A stretch of DNA of 53,087 bases, taken from positions 11,309,039-11,362,125 of the forward strand of contig NC_057720.1 of NCBI RefSeq assembly GCF_004010195.1, read 5' to 3'. Made by a program: the position numbers and the translations under genes. The stretch's first letter is position 1. The number at the start of each line of letters is the position of its first letter. Source of the DNA: Chiloscyllium plagiosum. Lineage: Eukaryota. The notes under the pieces are model-generated. The model had not been told where the DNA came from, did not search any database, and worked only from the letters and a program-made list of their open reading frames with translations. Shown here in pieces: positions 47,708-53,087 of this stretch.

Positions 47708-48979
47708 TAAAAACAATGACTGCAGATGCTGGAAACCAGATTCTGGATCAGTGGTGCTGGAAGAGCACAGCAATTCAGGCAGCATCCAAGGAGCTTCGAA
47801 ATCGACGTTTCGGGCAAAAGCCCTTCATCAGGAATAAAGGCAGTGAGCCTGAAGCGTGGAGAGATAANNNNNNNNNNNNNNNNNNNNNNNNNNNNNNNNN
47901 NNNNNNNNNNNNNNNNNNNNNNNNNNNNNNNNNNNNNNNNNNNNNNNNNNNNNNNNNNNNNNNNNNNNNNNNNNNNNNNNNNNNNNNNNNNNNNNNNNNN
48001 NNNNNNNNNNNNNNNNNNNNNNNNNNNNNNNNNNNNNNNNNNNNNNNNNNNNNNNNNNNNNNNNNNNNNNNNNNNNNNNNNNNNNNNNNNNNNNNNNNNN
48101 NNNNNNNNNNNNNNNNNNNNNNNNNNNNNNNNNNNNNNNNNNNNNNNNNNNNNNNNNNNNNNNNNNNNNNNNNNNNNNNNNNNNNNNNNNNNNNNNNNNN
48201 NNNNNNNNNNNNNNNNNNNNNNNNNNNNNNNNNNNNNNNNNNNNNNNNNNNNNNNNNNNNNNNNNNNNNNNNNNNNNNNNNNNNNNNNNNNNNNNNNNNN
48301 NNNNNNNNNNNNNNNNNNNNNNNNNNNNNNNNNNNNNNNNNNNNNNNNNNNNNNNNNNNNNNNNNNNNNNNNNNNNNNNNNNNNNNNNNNNNNNNNNNNN
48401 NNNNNNNNNNNNNNNNNNNNNNNNNNNNNNNNNNNNNNNNNNNNNNNNNNNNNNNNNNNNNNNNNNNNNNNNNNNNNNNNNNNNNNNNNNNNNNNNNNNN
48501 NNNNNNNNNNNNNNNNNNNNNNNNNNNNNNNNNNNNNNNNNNNNNNNNNNNNNNNNNNNNNNNNNNNNNNNNNNNNNNNNNNNNNNNNNNNNNNNNNNNN
48601 NNNNNNNNNNNNNNNNNNNNNNNNNNNNNNNNNNNNNNNNNNNNNNNNNNNNNNNNNNNNNNNNNNNNNNNNNNNNNNNNNNNNNNNNNNNNNNNNNNNN
48701 NNNNNNNNNNNNNNNNNNNNNNNNNNNNNNNNNNNNNNNNNNNNNNNNNNNNNNNNNNNNNNNNNNNNNNNNNNNNNNNNNNNNNNNNNNNNNNNNNNNN
48801 NNNNNNNNNNNNNNNNNNNCGGCAGAGGCGGAGGAATTGGGAATATGGGATGACATTTTTGCAGGAGGTAGGGTGGGAAGAGGTGTAATCCAGGTAGCTG
48901 TGGGAGTCGGTGGGTTTGTAAAAAATGTCAGTGTCAAGTCGGTCGTCATTAATGGAGATGGAGAGGTCCAGGAAGGGGA
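47708..48979 (-). mobile_element. 5'-truncated PLE spanning the 952-N gap (RT C-terminus/thumb on the right, hammerhead-bearing terminus on the left)
   Basis: 48820-48979 minus translates to PFLDLSISINDDRLDTDIFYKPTDSHSYLDYTSSHPTSCKNVIPYSQFLRLCR. 47800-47835 minus reads attc CTGATGA a gggc tttt gccc GAAAC GTC gatt. Confidence 0.85.
47868..48819. other. Assembly gap (952 N)
   Basis: Run of N. Confidence 0.99.
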
Positions 48980-49161
48980 TTCATGTTTCTGTCAAGATAC
49001 TTCTTAAATGTTGCTATTATATCTGCTTCCACCATCTCCTCTGGCAGCACATTCCAGGCACTTACCACCCTCTGTGTAAAAAACTTGCCTCCCACATCTC
49101 CTTTAACTTACCCACTTTTAACCTTAAAAGTGTTTGGGAATGTACAACAGTAATTGAAAGA

Positions 49162-49252
49162 GGTAAAAACAATGACTGCAGATGCTGGAGACCAGATTCT
49201 GGATTAGTGGTGCTGGAAGAGCACAGCAGGTCAGGCAGCATCCAAGGAGCTT
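49162..49252 (-). mobile_element. Short PLE terminal insertion flanked by duplicated caacagtaatt
   Basis: Near-identical to 47708-47797; 'caacagtaatt(g/c)aaag' occurs on both sides. Confidence 0.8.
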
Positions 49253-49461
49253 CAACAGTAATTCAAAGCATAGTAAAACGCTCACATGTCTGTAAAATGA
49301 AAATTGACCTCAAGGAGTATGACTGTATCATTAAAAAGATGTATCTTTCCTTGCACAGTCACTGAAAATCCTGGAGAAACTCAGTAGATCTGGCAGAATT
49401 TGAGGAGAGAGAAAAAAAACAGGTGTTATTGGGTTTGATATCCCTCAATGCTGCACACAGT

Positions 49462-49778
49462 GTCATAGAATGCCTAAAGTGCGGGAACAGGCCATTCAGC
49501 CTATCAAGAACACACCAGCCCTCTGAAGAGCATCCAACTTAGACCCACCCCATCCCTGTAACCCTGCACTTTCCATGGGTAATCCACATAACCTACACAT
49601 CCCTGAACAATGTTAGCATGGGCAATCCACCTGACCTGCACATCTTTGGACGGTGGGAGGAAACCCATGCAGACACAGGGAGAATATGCAAACTCCTCAT
49701 TGACAGTCACCTGAGGCTAGAATCAAACCCAGGTCCTTAACACTGTGAGGCAGCAGTGCTAACCACTGAGCCACTGTG
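49462..49778 (-). mobile_element. HE1 SINE
   Basis: 'gaggcagcagtgctaaccactgagccac' head complement and V-domain. Confidence 0.85.
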
Positions 49779-49835
49779 TTCTGTCAGACTTGGTTTTCTT
49801 TTGAGCTGATATCTCTGGATAGAGGCAGAACACAT

Positions 49836-50155
49836 ATTAGATTAGATTACTTACAGAGTGGAAACTGGCCCTTCGGCCCAGCAAGTCCACACCGACCCGT
49901 CAAAGCGCAACCCATCCAGACCCATTCCCCTACATTTACCCCTTCACCTGACACTACAGGCAATTTTGCATGGCCAATTCACCTAACCTGCACACTTTTG
50001 GATTGTGGGAGGAAACCGGAACACCCGGAGGGAACCCACATAGACACAAGGAGAATGTGCAAACTCCACACAGACAGTTGCCTGAGGCGGGAAATGAACC
50101 CAGGTCTCTGGCGCTGTGAGGCAGCAGTGCTAACCACTGTGCCACCGTGCCGCCC
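49836..50155 (-). mobile_element. Full-length HE1 SINE
   Basis: (ttaga)n tail through box A; same architecture as the other copies. Confidence 0.92.
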
Positions 50156-50189
50156 AATAAATCGAGGCAACAATATTTCCACTTGAGCC

Positions 50190-51000
50190 GCAATGTAGAT
50201 TTGGAAAGGTTGCTTCCCTTAGTGAGAGAGTCTGGGACCAGAGATTATCATCTCAGGAAAAGGGGTCATTTAAGACAGAATGGAAGAGGAATTTCCTCTC
50301 TGAGGGTAGTGAATTATTTACCACAGAGAGTTGTTGAGGCTAAACATTCCCCCTCTCACCGTAACATCCTGTCGAGATCGTTAAGTATTTTCAAGGCTGA
50401 GATAGACAGATTACAGGAAGAAAAGTTGGAAAGTGAAGTTGAGGATTATCAGACCAGCCACAATCTCATTGAATGATGGAGCAGACGTGATTGGCTAGAT
50501 GGTCTACTACTGCTCCAATGTCTTACATCTTAAAATAGTAGACCATGGTCCATATCCTTCCATTCCTTGCTAATTCCTGTGCTTATCTAAAAGTCCTTTA
50601 AACCCCCTCTATCGTATCTGTTTCCACCAACACCCCTGACTCCTACCACTCTCTGGGTAAAAACCTTACCTCTCCCATCTCCTTTGAACATTTTCCCTTT
50701 CACCTTAAATACATGCCACCTAGTATATTAGACACTTCAACTCTGGGAAAAATATTCCGACTGTCAACCCTATCAAACGAGACACTCATAATTTTATAGA
50801 CCTCTATCCAGTCTCCCATCAGCATCCACCACTCCAGAGAAATCAACCCAAGTCTTTCTAGCCTCTCCTTATAGTTCATACTCTGGTAAACCTCCTCTGC
50901 ACCCTCTCCAGAGCCTCCACATTCATCCTGTAATGTGGCGACCAGATTGAACACAATAGTCCAAGTGTGGCCTCATCAAAGTCTTATAAAGCTGCTATAT
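50190..51000. mobile_element. Two CR1 LINE fragments (+ at about 50190-50530, - at about 50540-51000)
   Basis: LPQRVVEA and YKERLERLGLISLE...IEVYKIM motifs. Confidence 0.75.
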
Positions 51001-51217
51001 TAGGGTAGATGATGGAAGGAGAGGTTTATGGGATGTGAGGAGGTGAAGAGACAGATGGACAATTGCTTGAAAGTGAAAGGTGCAGCCTCTGATGGCGAGG
51101 TGAAGGAAATCGGGAATAGACAGGAGGTCCGAATTCCAGGAGTGTGGAGTTCTGAGAGGGTTGCAGACCTGACCAGGGCATACAGTGACAGAGAGGGCTG
51201 AAACTATTATAGGGTCG

Positions 51218-51710
51218 GGTCATACAGCACGGAAACAGGCCCTTCGGCCCAACTCATCCATCCCAACCAGGTTTCCTAAACTGAACTAGTCCCATTCACC
51301 TGCGTTTGGCCCATATCCCGCTAAACCTTTCCTATCCATTTGCCTGCCCAAATGTTTTTTAAATGCTGTAGTTGTACCCACCTCCACCACTTCCTCTGGC
51401 AGCTCATTCCATACATGTACCACCCCTACTTGAAAATGTTGACCCTTGGGTCCCTTTAAAATCTTTCCCCTTTCATCATAAACCTATGTCCTCTAGTTGT
51501 GAACTTTGCAACTCTAGGGAAAAGACCTTGATGATTAACCTAATTTAGGCCCCTCATGATTGGATAAACCTCTATAAGGTCACCCCTCAGCCTCTGATGC
51601 CCTAGGGTAAACAGCCCCAGCCTATTTAGCCTCTCCCTATAGCTCAAACCCTCCAACCCAGAGCATCGTTGTAAATCTTTTCTGAACCCTTTCCAGTTTA
51701 ATAACACATT
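51218..51710 (-). mobile_element. CR1/HER1 LINE 3' fragment
   Basis: LEGLSYRERLNRLGLFTLGHQRLRGDLIEVY on the minus strand plus 3' tail. Confidence 0.88.
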
Positions 51711-52507
51711 AGTGCAATGAATTAATTGAAGTCCAAATTGAAGGCCCATTGCTTTGTTGGGCCAACAGCTTTAGTCGCATCCAAAATATTTTCTGCAATA
51801 ATTCAGTGCCAACATTAAATCAGAATTAGAATTAAGTTTGATTTTGTTGCTGTGACGTGTGGGGGATTTGTTTTCCAATGTTAAAAAGGCAGGTTATTGG
51901 AATTATAAGTCAGGGGATAGATTAGATTTCATATTGTCTGTGACCTCCGTGGTTTCGCAAACATGGGTGACAGGTCACACAGGGACAAATAAATAAAATC
52001 AGCTCCTGGCCTCTCGCTTGGGTGGGTTCTGAATGGTTCCATTTATCTATGATGATAAAGCATTTCAAATGAAATGGTGATAGGATCGAGCCAATTTTGT
52101 TTCCAGTTGCAATCAAACTTAAACCAACCTATTACCAGGCGGAGTGTGTTAAATTATGGTCTTTCATTTGTGGAGCATCGATCAACTCTTAAAGCATACA
52201 TTCCCGTTATAGAGCGACTATTGTACAGCTCTCCCTGCTTTTCAGAACATAGCCAAACATTACTGCTATCACTGGATTCAATTTCTCAAGACATCTTGAG
52301 TCAAGGATGTAGCAATCTTTAACTTGGCAACTATCCAGGAATGTCCAGGATCTTTACAGGAATTATGGATTAGAGTTGGAATTAGAATTAGAATAGCCTT
52401 CATTGTCACATGGACTGAAGTGCAGACGTTCAGGCGTACAGTGAAAAGTTTATAATGTCATCCCATATGGCACCATCTGAGGTACAAAGTACCGAGGCAT
52501 AATTCTT

Positions 52508-52819
52508 CGGCACGGTGGCACAGTGGTTAGCACTGCTGCCTCACAGCACCAGAGACCCGGGTTCAATTCCCGCCTCAGGCAACTGTCTGTGTGGAGTTTG
52601 CACATTCTCCCTGTGTCTGCGTGGGTTTCCTCCGGGTGCTCCAGTTTCCTCCCACAGTCCAAAAATGTGCAGGTTAGGTGAATTGACCATGTTAAAATTG
52701 CCCGTGGTGTTAGGTGAAGGGGTAAGTGTAGGAGAACGGGTCTGGGCGGGTTTCTCTTCGGAGGGTCGGTGTGGACTTGCTGGGCCGAAAGGCCTGTTTC
52801 TACACTGTAGGTAATCTAA
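52508..52819 (+). mobile_element. Full-length HE1 SINE
   Basis: Box A ggtggcacagtggtt, box B gggttcaattccc, V-domain and 'cactgtaggtaatctaa' tail. Confidence 0.93.
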
Positions 52820-52992
52820 GTAAAACACGGAACTAAAGGGAAAAAGAAAGGAATGAAAGTTACATCACTGACAGTTGTTCATGGTATAAATTAGAAAAAC
52901 GAGCATAAATTTAAAAAGATCAGCACAGAGGGCTTCCACACGTAGACTGCCCAGATTCATAACCTGCTGACTGGTCCCTAATCTAACAATCC

Positions 52993-53087
52993 TCCCCACT
53001 CCCCTCCATCTTCCAGCCCACTGACCATCCCCATTCCCCTCCATCCTCCAGCCCACTGACCATCCCCACTCCCCTCCATCCTCCCGC
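52993..53087. repeat. 35-bp C-rich tandem repeat running off the window end
   Basis: Unit tccccactcccctccatcctccagcccactgacca starts at 52993, 53028 and 53063. Confidence 0.88.

Noticed and set aside
52508..52580. tRNA gene (also the heads at about 10805-10877, 11134 and 30208)
   Set aside because: Box A/B heads continue into SINE bodies and tails; these are tRNA-derived SINEs.

Overview
Eukaryotic, repeat-dense genomic DNA, almost certainly from a cartilaginous fish (shark), judged by HE1-type tRNA-derived V-SINEs, CR1/HER1-type LINE 3' fragments, Penelope-like elements (PLEs), Rex1/Babar tails and Deu-domain SINE remnants. Two assembly gaps are present (14704-15203, exactly 500 N; 47868-48819, 952 N). 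The only recognisable host gene is the last two coding exons of an ST6GALNAC3-like alpha-2,6-sialyltransferase on the + strand (25528-25635 and 32487-32688; sialylmotifs S, III and VS). Its sialylmotif-L exon is not in the window. Nearly all ORF-track entries are repeat artefacts. The most notable signal is a set of short PLE-terminus-derived elements from at least four sequence families carrying minimal hammerhead-ribozyme cores (CUGANGA-stem II-GAAA-palindromic stem III). Several are head-to-head palindromes with 11-17 bp target-site duplications, including one perfect 95-bp-arm palindrome with an intact core on each strand. Also present are two long local inverted duplications, a 2-kb invariant 26-bp CpG-rich array, a LINE-derived higher-order minisatellite and a strong AT-to-GC substitution skew left of the 500-N gap. 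Repeat boundaries are approximate and read by eye; family names come from recalled motifs, not database searches.
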